Source of the DNA: Hormoscilla sp.
GTDB lineage: Bacteria > Cyanobacteriota > Cyanobacteriia > Cyanobacteriales > Desertifilaceae
Length of the DNA: 19,789 bases
Assembly: GCA_051439505.1 (NCBI GenBank)
Contig: JBFRWI010000181.1
Span: 1-19,789, forward strand
Direction: 5' to 3'
In this document: positions 9,192-17,365 of the stretch, piece after piece
How positions within the stretch are numbered: the first letter of the stretch is position 1
How the letters are laid out: each line of letters begins with the position of its first letter
Position numbers and translations under genes: made by a program
The notes under the pieces: generated by a model
Databases searched by the model: none
What the model was told of the DNA's origin: nothing
Seen by the model: the letters and a program-made list of their open reading frames with translations, nothing else

Positions 9192-9194
9192 CTG

Positions 9195-9258
9195 GGAAAC
9201 ACTAAAGTGTTTACTACGAACCTGGGAAATGGGAAACACTAAAGTGTTTACTACGAAC
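9195..9258 (-). repeat. Two intergenic copies of the 27-nt REP/SDR-like element
   Basis: GGAAACACTAAAGTGTTTACTACGAAC at 9195-9221 and 9232-9258 (period 37). On the minus strand it reads GTAG followed by a short palindrome. Confidence 0.9.
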
Positions 9259-9272
9259 CTGGGCGATCGGGC

Positions 9273-9301
9273 TTGACAGGTTGCAGCCCCTATGTTATCT
9301 T
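9273..9301 (+). promoter_or_regulatory. Sigma70-type promoter for the 9395 gene and probably the downstream genes
   Basis: TTGACA (9273-9278), 17-nt spacer, TATCTT (9296-9301) preceded by TG (extended -10). Confidence 0.6.
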
Positions 9302-9394
9302 AGAAAAAAGATTATATCTGGTGAACAATTATGCCTAGTTTTCAGTGGGTTTGAACCCCCCGGCGGGGTAACAACGAAGAGAAGAGAGTAGTAA

Positions 9395-12300
9395 ATGGAA
9401 TTATTAAACAGCGCCCTCAAAAATCATCAAGCAGGCAGGTGGCCCGAAGCAGAACGGCAATATCGGCAAGTTCTCGCCACCGAACCTCGCAATGCTGATG
9501 CCCTTCATCTGCTAGGCTTGCTTTATCATCAAACTGGTAAGGTAGAACAGGCGATCGCCCTTTACAAACAGGCCATCGAAATTAGGCCCAACTATTTGGA
9601 AGCCTATGGTAATCTAGCAATGGCATTCCAGCGGCAGGGAAAGGTAACAGAGGCGATCGCCCATTTCCAGCAAGTCTTGGCCACGGAACCGAACCATGCC
9701 GATACTCACCTGAGACTAGCAGTTGCCCTGCATCAAGAAAAGCAGTACGATGGTGCCATCACTCACTACCAACGGGCGATCGCCCTCCAACCCGCAAATC
9801 CTTCTGCCTATAATAATCTAGCAGTGGTCCTGCAAGAACAGGGTAAATATGAATTGTCCCTCACCCATGTCAGGCAGGCGATCGCCCAGGAACCGAAATA
9901 TGTCGAGGCCCATTATAACCTGGGGAATATTCTCAGAACGATGGGGAAATATGAGGAGGCGGTGGGGGCCTACAAGCAGGCGATCGCCCTGAAGCCCAAC
10001 TATCCAGAAGCATACTATAATCTCGGCAATACCCTGGGAACTTTGGAAAACTGGTGGTCGGCGATCGAATCTTATCAAAAGGCGATCGCCCTCAAACCCA
10101 ACTATGTGAAAGCCCATAATAACCTGGGGACAGTCCTGCGCAAGCAAGGAAATTTGGAACGGGCCCTGATATCCTACCAGAAGGCGATCGCCCTCAAGCC
10201 CAACTACTCTGATGCTTACTATAATATGGGCATCCTGTTCGGGGAACAGGATAAATTCGACTCGGCAATAAAATATTACCAGCAGGCGATCGCCCTCAAC
10301 CCCGACCCGGAGATCTACAATAACCTAGCAGTTACCTTCTTCAAGCAGAGGAAAATAACAGAGGCGATCGCCAGTTACCGGCGGGCGATCGAACTGCGTC
10401 CCAACTATGCCGAGGCCCACAAGAACCTGGGGATGGCATTGCTGCTATTGGGAGAGATGCAGCAGGGATTGGCCGAGTTAGAATGGCGCTGGCAATGCGG
10501 GACTTTTACCAAAGAAAAATCCGCCTACGACTTCGGTAAACCCCTCTGGGATGGTGGGGACTTGGCCGGAAGGACCATCCTCCTTTATTCCGAACAGGGA
10601 ATGGGAGATGCCATCCAGTTCATTCGTTACGTTCCCCTAGTAAAAGCAAAAGGTGCGCAAGTTATAGTAGAATGTCAAAAACCATTATTGCGATTATTTA
10701 CTGCCGTCCCGGAGATCGATCGGGTAGTGGAAAGGGGAACTGAGTTGCCAGAGTTTGACGTACAAGCAAGTTTAATGACTTTACCTCACATTCTGGGAAC
10801 GACTCTGGATAATATACCTGCCCGAGTTCCTTATTTACCTCGTGGGACAGGGGAGACGCCTGTTCTGGGAATGGAAAATAAAATCAAGGTGGGCATAGTC
10901 TGGGGGACAAAGTCCAGTCATCCGACTGCAAAAGATCGTTCCTGTAAGTTATCTGACTTTTTACCGATCCTGGAGATAAAGGACATTACCTTCTACAGTC
11001 TCCAGAAGGGAGAACAGGTGGCAGAAATAGCCTCATTGGGGCAAGATAATCTCGTAAATTTAGATGAACAATTACAAGATTTTGCCGACACTGCTGCTGT
11101 GATGCAAGAACTAGATTTAATTATCACGGTGGATACAGCAGTGTGCCATCTGGCAGGGGCCCTGGGAAAACCCGCGTGGGTGTTGCTACCCTTCGTTCCG
11201 GACTGGCGTTGGATGCTGGACAAGTCAGATACTCCCTGGTATCCGACCATGCGTTTGTTCCGTCAGGAAAAAGCAAAAGATTGGTCCCAAGTGTTTGTCT
11301 CAGTCCGGGAGGCCCTAGAATTATGGATATCCCAACAGTCCGGATCGGAAGCATCAAAAACATTATTCAATGAAGATGTTCGAGAATTGATGGACGAGGC
11401 CCTGTTACCAGATCCCGATCCCCACCCTAAAGAGTGGGGCTACAAGAACGAAGCCCGCCTGCGCGGGCTAAGTGGTGACCAACAACAGTTAATGGACAGG
11501 GCCCTGTTAGCTTATGAAGAGGGGAACTTGACAGCAGCAGTACAGTTGTGTCGAGAAATTATTGGGGAAAAACCAGAGAATTCAGAAGCATTGCATTTAA
11601 TGGGGGCGATCGCCCACCAAAATGGCAATCTTGATGAAAGTGTAGACTACTTCCAGCAAAGCCTAAAGCTGAAGCCAGATTACACCGAAGCCCATTGTAA
11701 CTTGGCCATGGTCCTCAAGCAACAGGGAAAATTAACAGAGGCGATCGGCCATTATCGGCAGGCGATCGGGATCCAACCAGACTACGCCGAAGCCCATTAT
11801 AATCTCGGCATGGCATTATTGCTATCAGGGGACATGGAAAATGGCTTCAGAGAATATGAATGGCGCTGGCAATGGGGTGAGTTCGCCCAGCAAAATTCCC
11901 CGTCGATCGATCGACCTTTGTGGGATGGAACGACCTTACAAGGACGTACCATATTATTGCATGCAGAACAAGGATATGGGGACTCGATCCAGTTTATCCG
12001 CTACGTGAGTTTAGTTCGAGAACGGGGCGGAAAGGCGATCGTCGCATGTCCCCAAGAGTTGAAACGCTTGTTTACCACCGTACCGGGGATAGCAGAAGTG
12101 CTGACTACGGGAGATCCTTTACCCGAATTTGACTGCTACGCCCCATTGATGAGTTTACCCCATATTCTGGGAACTACTACCGATACGATACCTAACCAAG
12201 TACCTTACTTGGATCCGGAAGCGCTAAAGCGCTTACTACAAACGGAAGCGCGAACGGGAGAATCACAAGTTAAAGTGGGGATAACCTGGGCCTGCAAGCA

Positions 12301-13963
12301 TACCCATTGGACTTACTCCCAACGTTCCTGTCAACTGGATCAATTTTTGCCATTACTGGAATTTCCCGGCATTACCTGGTATAGTCTCCAGAAAGGACCC
12401 CATGTAGCAGATCTACAACTTGTTGATGGTAAGATAATTAATCTGGACGAACAGTTGCAGGATTTCGCCGATACCGCAGGGGCGATCGGCCAACTAGATC
12501 TGGTAATCACGGTAGATACGGCAGTAGCCCATTTAGCAGGGGCAATGGCCAAACCAGTCTGGTTGCTGTTACCCTTTGTCCCCAACTGGCGGTGGCTGTT
12601 GGACAACTCAGACAGTCCCTGGTATCCTACCATGAGGCTGTTCCGCCAGCAAGAACCGGGGGATTGGCGATCGGTATTTGCTAAAGTAGCATCGGCCCTC
12701 AAGGGCTTGCCCAAACCACGGACAACAGATACTATGGTAAAACCAGCGTCCCCAGCAGATAAAATAAAAGGGCTAGCAATTGGATGGTCGGTGGGTTCTC
12801 CCACCGGTTGGGGGGTGTATGGCTTGAACTTAGCCCTGCAATTGGGACAAAAACCGGGATTCGAGTTACTATTGTTAAGTAGCCCGGCCTTGTCTAACCT
12901 GGTAAATCCCCTGCATCAGGTGCTATTGCGTCCTCTCATGGCCAATCAGCAGCAAATACAGACGGTGATTAACCAAAACCCGGGCAAGCAAATTGCTTTC
13001 AACGTGCCAGTGTTGCATGCCCTGGGAAATAACTTCGGCGCGGGAAAAGCGAATCTGGTGGGGAAACCCACGGTAGGAATGATATTTTTTGAGAATACCC
13101 TGCTGACCCCAGATGCGATCGCGAGGGCGAGAAGCTACGATCTGATAGTAGCAGGTTCGACCTGGAACGCGGAAGTACTGAAAAGCAACGGACTAAACCA
13201 TGTAGCGGCGATATTCCAAGGCATAGACCCGACCATATTCCATCCCGCCCCCAAGTCCAATCTGTTTGCAGATCGATTTGTGGTATTCTCGGGAGGAAAG
13301 CTAGAATATCGGAAAGGCCAGGATATCGCGATCGCGGCATTCAAGCGGTTCCAGCAAAGGCATCCCGAGGCATTGCTGCTGACAGCATGGCACAATTTCT
13401 GGCCCCAGTTCATGGCGGGACTAGAACAGACGGGAAATGTGGTAGGATTACCCCAGGTAACCACCGATAAGCGTTTGCGAATTACGGAATGGTTAGTAGC
13501 AAACGGCATCCCCCCAGAGGCGATAATAGATATCGGACCCATTCCGAATCATCTGGTAGGACAGATTATCAGGGAAGCAGATGTGGCCCTATTCACCAAC
13601 AGATGTGAAGGGGGAACGAACCTAGCAGCGATGGAATGTTTGGCCTGTGGCATCCCGACAATTATCTCGGGAAACACCGGTCATAAGGATATAATCGCAG
13701 AAAACCATTGCTATCCTCTCAAAAAACAGGGATACGTGCAAGCCACAGCCATATTTCCGGGAGTAGAAGGATGGGGAGAGTCAGACGTAGAGGAGGTAGT
13801 GGAAAATTTAGAACAAGTGTATCGCGATCGCCAAGCAGCGAAAACCCGGGGTCAAGCAGCAGTAGCATTCATGCAGGACTTGACCTGGAAAAAACAGGTA
13901 GATAGCCTGTTAAGGGTACTGGCAGATGTAGTCAGTACCACTCCATCAAGGTCCGGCACATGA
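9395..13963 (+). CDS. Modular TPR/glycosyltransferase, 1522 aa: two [TPR + GT-B (GT9-like)] modules plus a C-terminal GT4-type domain
   Basis: TPR arrays; EQGMGD (~10592) and EQGYGD (~11966) modules. The C-terminal part has TGWGVYG, GIDPTIFHP, GGKLEYRKGQD and a CEGGTNLAAMECLACGIP acidic motif typical of GT4. Confidence 0.93.
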   Translation: MELLNSALKNHQAGRWPEAERQYRQVLATEPRNADALHLLGLLYHQTGKVEQAIALYKQAIEIRPNYLEAYGNLAMAFQRQGKVTEAIAHFQQVLATEPNHADTHLRLAVALHQEKQYDGAITHYQRAIALQPANPSAYNNLAVVLQEQGKYELSLTHVRQAIAQEPKYVEAHYNLGNILRTMGKYEEAVGAYKQAIALKPNYPEAYYNLGNTLGTLENWWSAIESYQKAIALKPNYVKAHNNLGTVLRKQGNLERALISYQKAIALKPNYSDAYYNMGILFGEQDKFDSAIKYYQQAIALNPDPEIYNNLAVTFFKQRKITEAIASYRRAIELRPNYAEAHKNLGMALLLLGEMQQGLAELEWRWQCGTFTKEKSAYDFGKPLWDGGDLAGRTILLYSEQGMGDAIQFIRYVPLVKAKGAQVIVECQKPLLRLFTAVPEIDRVVERGTELPEFDVQASLMTLPHILGTTLDNIPARVPYLPRGTGETPVLGMENKIKVGIVWGTKSSHPTAKDRSCKLSDFLPILEIKDITFYSLQKGEQVAEIASLGQDNLVNLDEQLQDFADTAAVMQELDLIITVDTAVCHLAGALGKPAWVLLPFVPDWRWMLDKSDTPWYPTMRLFRQEKAKDWSQVFVSVREALELWISQQSGSEASKTLFNEDVRELMDEALLPDPDPHPKEWGYKNEARLRGLSGDQQQLMDRALLAYEEGNLTAAVQLCREIIGEKPENSEALHLMGAIAHQNGNLDESVDYFQQSLKLKPDYTEAHCNLAMVLKQQGKLTEAIGHYRQAIGIQPDYAEAHYNLGMALLLSGDMENGFREYEWRWQWGEFAQQNSPSIDRPLWDGTTLQGRTILLHAEQGYGDSIQFIRYVSLVRERGGKAIVACPQELKRLFTTVPGIAEVLTTGDPLPEFDCYAPLMSLPHILGTTTDTIPNQVPYLDPEALKRLLQTEARTGESQVKVGITWACKHTHWTYSQRSCQLDQFLPLLEFPGITWYSLQKGPHVADLQLVDGKIINLDEQLQDFADTAGAIGQLDLVITVDTAVAHLAGAMAKPVWLLLPFVPNWRWLLDNSDSPWYPTMRLFRQQEPGDWRSVFAKVASALKGLPKPRTTDTMVKPASPADKIKGLAIGWSVGSPTGWGVYGLNLALQLGQKPGFELLLLSSPALSNLVNPLHQVLLRPLMANQQQIQTVINQNPGKQIAFNVPVLHALGNNFGAGKANLVGKPTVGMIFFENTLLTPDAIARARSYDLIVAGSTWNAEVLKSNGLNHVAAIFQGIDPTIFHPAPKSNLFADRFVVFSGGKLEYRKGQDIAIAAFKRFQQRHPEALLLTAWHNFWPQFMAGLEQTGNVVGLPQVTTDKRLRITEWLVANGIPPEAIIDIGPIPNHLVGQIIREADVALFTNRCEGGTNLAAMECLACGIPTIISGNTGHKDIIAENHCYPLKKQGYVQATAIFPGVEGWGESDVEEVVENLEQVYRDRQAAKTRGQAAVAFMQDLTWKKQVDSLLRVLADVVSTTPSRSGT
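10842..10866 (+). repeat. Short hairpin (REP-like) in frame in the GT linker
   Basis: GTGGGACAGG-GGAGACG-CCTGTTCT, an 8-bp stem including G-T pairs, encoding RGTGETPVL. Only one copy in the window. Confidence 0.5.
11420..11469 (-). repeat. Double-hairpin REP-like element in frame in an inter-module linker
   Basis: CCCCACCC-TAAA-GAGTGGGG-CTAC, then AGCCCGC-CTGC-GCGGGCT. Encodes PHPKEWGYKNEARLRGL. Confidence 0.75.
12217..12243 (-). repeat. Variant copy of the 27-nt REP/SDR-like element, in frame
   Basis: GGAAGCGCTAAAGCGCTTACTACAAAC, with hairpin AAGCGC-TAAA-GCGCTT. Encodes EALKRLLQT. It is followed by GGAAGCG-CGAAC, the two ends of an internally deleted second copy. Confidence 0.85.
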
Positions 13964-14059
13964 CCATGTAATAAGTTCGCCCGATAAAGCCGCCAGGATG
14001 CTTACAGAAATGCTAGACTAGGGATAGATGTGTAGCTTGCCAAGAGAGTTGTAATCAGA

Positions 14060-14797
14060 ATGACAAACGAGATGCCGACAGAAAAAATTAGAGTCCGGCT
14101 ACAAACCGGTGAATATGACTTTGTATTTCCTCAGTCAGTTTATCTGAGAAACATGATTGTAGCCGTGCTGCAGGGGCAGGATTATCCCCTGATAAAATTG
14201 CCAAATTATTTACCGACGACCATTGTTGATGCGGGGGCGAATGTGGGTGCTGCTACCCTATATTTCTATAATGCCTATCCCAATGCGACATTCTACTGCT
14301 ATGAGCCGTCGAGGGATAATTTTGAATGTCTAAAGGAAAATACTAAATATTTCGCAAATATCCACTTGTTTCCCTATGGTCTTTTAGATCGTGACGCTGA
14401 ATTACCTTTATATCATGGAACAAGTCAGTCAGCCCAAAACTCGGTCATGAAAAGTAACGAAACATTTGAGAAAAATGAGGTAATTAATCTGGTCAAGACA
14501 GCCAAGGAGATGGAAAATAGAAATCTGAAGAATATTTCTATTTTAAAGATAGATACAGAAGGTTGTGAAGTGCCGATAATTTCGGATTGTTTGTCGGTGG
14601 TAGACAAAATCGATATGATATATTTTGAATATCACTCTGAGGAAGACAGGTTGGAGATAGATCGAATGGTTTCGGATAAATTTGTGTTGCATAAGGCGAA
14701 AACGGATACAGTGCATAGGGGAACTGGCGTTTACATATCAAAGGCACTGGTAAACCAATATCCAGGACTGAATAAAAAACGAATTCTCCGAATATGA
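14060..14797 (+). CDS. FkbM-family SAM-dependent methyltransferase
   Basis: IVDAGANVGA, YCYEP and ILKIDTEGCE motifs. Confidence 0.92.
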   Translation: MTNEMPTEKIRVRLQTGEYDFVFPQSVYLRNMIVAVLQGQDYPLIKLPNYLPTTIVDAGANVGAATLYFYNAYPNATFYCYEPSRDNFECLKENTKYFANIHLFPYGLLDRDAELPLYHGTSQSAQNSVMKSNETFEKNEVINLVKTAKEMENRNLKNISILKIDTEGCEVPIISDCLSVVDKIDMIYFEYHSEEDRLEIDRMVSDKFVLHKAKTDTVHRGTGVYISKALVNQYPGLNKKRILRI

Positions 14798-14817
14798 AGA
14801 TGATCTAGCATTAGTCT

Positions 14818-14864
14818 GTAGTGATTTGATTACCGTCTTGGGTTTTTGGCGATCGAATCACTAC
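14818..14864. repeat. Intergenic inverted repeat bounded by GTAG...CTAC
   Basis: GTAGTGATTTGATT pairs with GATCGAATCACTAC (two G-T pairs). It lies between two co-oriented genes. Confidence 0.6.
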
Positions 14865-14940
14865 CCATGCACTACTACTATAAATGTAGGGATAAGCTAT
14901 CCATCAGTCAGCAGTAAAAAATAACCAGAGGTCTAAGATA

Positions 14941-16545
14941 ATGGTAAAATCGTTTTCAGTAATCATCCCAGCCTATAATTGCGAAAAAGTAGTCACAAAG
15001 ACGATCGAGAGTATAATCGAGAGTATAGATTACTTTTATGCTAACTGCGATCGCGGGTCGGAGGTAAAATCAGAAATCATCGTCGTGAATGACTGTTCGA
15101 CGGATAACACCTTATATTTTCTGAGTCAGTTCGTCGGCAAAAAATACCCTTTCAAGATTGTCAATCATCCCCAAGGTAGAGGGGCGGGGGCAACCAGAAA
15201 CACAGGGGTAAAGAATTCTCAGGGAGAAATATTGTTTTTCTGCGATGGGGACGATTTATATATGCCAGAACATATATATCTGTGCTATATGAGTTTAAGC
15301 AAAGATCCCAATTCGGAAACAACCTTCTTCCTGGGCGATCGCAAAATTCAATTACCGCCAAACCGACTAGATGGGATCAGGACCGGAGTGAAAATAAAAG
15401 ACCCCATAGATCCAAATTGGAAACGGGCGATCGAGAACACGTTAACAATAAACCTCTGCTTGAGAAGAGAATGTCATGAATTCATCGAAGGATATCCCGA
15501 AGATTTAGTCTATAAGCAAATCAGGGGCAGAGAAGATTGCGCCTATCAGAGTTATTTGTCCAACTTATTTAACGTGGGCAAGATCGAGATAGAGACAGTC
15601 GAATATATCAGATATCCCGGGAACAGTTTAGACAGACAGATCACAAGAATTGAATCAGGGGAAGGGATGCCAGATGAAGAAAAAGTATTGCACGATCGGG
15701 CGAAAAAACTGGAAGAGGAGAAAATCCGCTACCTGATTGAGAAAAAGCAAAGGTTATCAAATCAAGAAGGTAAACTGATCGAAGTTACCACCAACCAAGA
15801 AGAAAAATTGTTGCAAAATGCAGCTAAGCTAAGAATCAAAGTTCAGAATCATGAATACGAGTTCATCTACCCTCAACATAGTTGTATGGTATATGTGGTG
15901 TCAAATGTTTTGCAAGGAAAAGATTATCCGATTATCAAATTACCGGGTTATTCGCCGACAACAATTGTTGATATAGGTGCTAACGTAGGTGCCACAGCGA
16001 TTTATCTGCATAATGCGTATCCCAGTGCAAAGATCTACTGTTATGAGCCGTCACCTGAAAATTTTGCCTACCTGAAGGAGAATACCAAACAGTTTGAGGA
16101 AATTCAAGTTTTTCCCTATGGTCTTTTTGAAAAAGACTGTGAAATGCCTTTATATAAAGGAGCCACCAATTCAGCTCAAAACACAGTGATGGCCAGTCGG
16201 GAAGCGAGCCAAATAACTGAGTCAATTAAGCTAGTAAATACTTCCCGGGAGATGAAGAGGCTAGATTTGACTAATATATCAATTCTCAAAATAGATACAG
16301 AAGGCTGTGAAGTATCTATTTTATCAGAGATATTTACAGCTGTGCAAAATATCGACATCATCTACCTCGAATATCATTCGGAGGAAGATCGACGAGAACT
16401 AGATCGGATGGTTGAGAAAAAATTCGTGCTAGAGAATATGAAGACAGAAGGTATTCATCGAGGAACCTGTGTTTACCTATCCAAAAACCTACTTGCTAAA
16501 TATCCAGCAATGGAGAATAAGCGGATTGAAAGGATCGGGATATAG
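14941..16545 (+). CDS. GT2 (GT-A) glycosyltransferase fused to a C-terminal FkbM methyltransferase
   Basis: N-terminal SVIIPAYN, EIIVVNDCSTD, GAGATRNTG and FCDGDD motifs, then a charged helical linker, then IVDIGANVGA, YEP and LKIDTEGCE. Confidence 0.92.
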   Translation: MVKSFSVIIPAYNCEKVVTKTIESIIESIDYFYANCDRGSEVKSEIIVVNDCSTDNTLYFLSQFVGKKYPFKIVNHPQGRGAGATRNTGVKNSQGEILFFCDGDDLYMPEHIYLCYMSLSKDPNSETTFFLGDRKIQLPPNRLDGIRTGVKIKDPIDPNWKRAIENTLTINLCLRRECHEFIEGYPEDLVYKQIRGREDCAYQSYLSNLFNVGKIEIETVEYIRYPGNSLDRQITRIESGEGMPDEEKVLHDRAKKLEEEKIRYLIEKKQRLSNQEGKLIEVTTNQEEKLLQNAAKLRIKVQNHEYEFIYPQHSCMVYVVSNVLQGKDYPIIKLPGYSPTTIVDIGANVGATAIYLHNAYPSAKIYCYEPSPENFAYLKENTKQFEEIQVFPYGLFEKDCEMPLYKGATNSAQNTVMASREASQITESIKLVNTSREMKRLDLTNISILKIDTEGCEVSILSEIFTAVQNIDIIYLEYHSEEDRRELDRMVEKKFVLENMKTEGIHRGTCVYLSKNLLAKYPAMENKRIERIGI

Positions 16546-16551
16546 TTGTTT

Positions 16552-16609
16552 GCTAATAACTATGGCTAATTATGAATCGGAAAATTCATAATTAGCTATA
16601 GTTATTAGC
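16552..16609. terminator. 26-bp hairpin between convergent genes (probable bidirectional terminator)
   Basis: 16552-16577 pairs with 16584-16609 with one G-T pair; the loop is CGGAAA. Confidence 0.75.
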
Positions 16610-16614
16610 GCAAA

Positions 16615-17234
16615 TCAAATTTTTTTCTGAATCATCGCCCAATAGGTATCGGGACCCATAGGCGTATGAAAGTTGATATCCAAAACCTGCAAAACGTCAA
16701 ACCCCGATCGCTTAATTAATTCCGCCCACATGTTTTTGCCGAGAACGCTGTAATGATTTCCATTGGCCTGATGTTTGCAACTGGTATCGGGGGCAGGTAC
16801 TTCTATATAGAGATATCCTTGGGGTTTGAGAACCCTGTGAATTTCACTCAAGGTAAAAAGGGGAAAGATGCTATGTTCGAGGCAATGCCGGCACCAAACA
16901 AAATCAAAGGAGGCATCGGGGAAGTCCAAGAAAGATTGATCCATTTCATAGACTTCATAACCTCTTTGCTGGCAGACTGCGACATCTTGACTGTTGAGGG
17001 TAATGCCGATCGGGTCAAAGCCGCGACTTTTAAATAATTCCAGAGCAACACCCTGACCGCATCCGATATCCAAGATTTTAGCATGAGGGGACAAGGGAAA
17101 AAGTTGCAGGAAGCGATCGAACATTTGACGGGTAATATTAGTATGATGCGGAGAGTAGGCTCCGGATAGGTCTGTGATTTAATTTTGTCCAGAAAATTTT
17201 CCAGTTTTTCGATTTGCGATTGTGCTAGTTTCAT
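16615..17234 (-). pseudogene. Class I SAM-dependent methyltransferase with a 1-nt deletion frameshift near 17152
   Basis: The ATG at 17234 gives MKLAQSQIEKLENFLDKIKSQTYPEPT. The frame carrying PHHTNITRQMFDRF...ILDIGCGQG...FDFVWCRHCLEH...RVLKPQG is offset by one base. The span is 620 nt, one short of a codon multiple. It could be a sequencing error, or the gene may be expressed from ATG 17124. Confidence 0.75.
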
Positions 17235-17282
17235 ATTATAGATCCGTGATAGCAAATTTAAGCCAGTTGATTGTCCATGGCA

Positions 17283-17336
17283 GTAGGGCGATCGCCTATT
17301 GCAGCAGCCTCTGACTGTGGGCGGTGCCCACTCTAC
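17283..17336. repeat. Degenerate inverted pair of GTAG-type REP-like units
   Basis: Plus strand GTAGGGCGATCGCC at the left; minus strand GTAG-A-GTGGGC-ACC-GCCCAC at the right. Confidence 0.5.
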
Positions 17337-17365
17337 CAACTAAAGTCGATACCTCGCGGAGGAGA

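Noticed and set aside
9195..9258. CRISPR array reading of the 27-nt palindromic direct repeats (also 3201-3260)
   Set aside because: Only two copies per site, gaps of 10 and 6 nt are far too short for spacers, copies are dispersed inside genes, and there are no cas genes or leader.
6297..12804. Recurrent antisense ORFs containing MVGYQG (6297-6533, 7977-8360, 10993-11250, 12340-12804)
   Set aside because: They are mirror images of the conserved GT C-terminal motif (PWYPTM) on the coding strand, not a gene family.
1567..13963. Diversity-generating retroelement or intein explanation for the repeated segments
   Set aside because: No reverse transcriptase, no adenine-specific template/variable repeat pair and no intein motifs were seen. 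The similarity is ordinary module paralogy.
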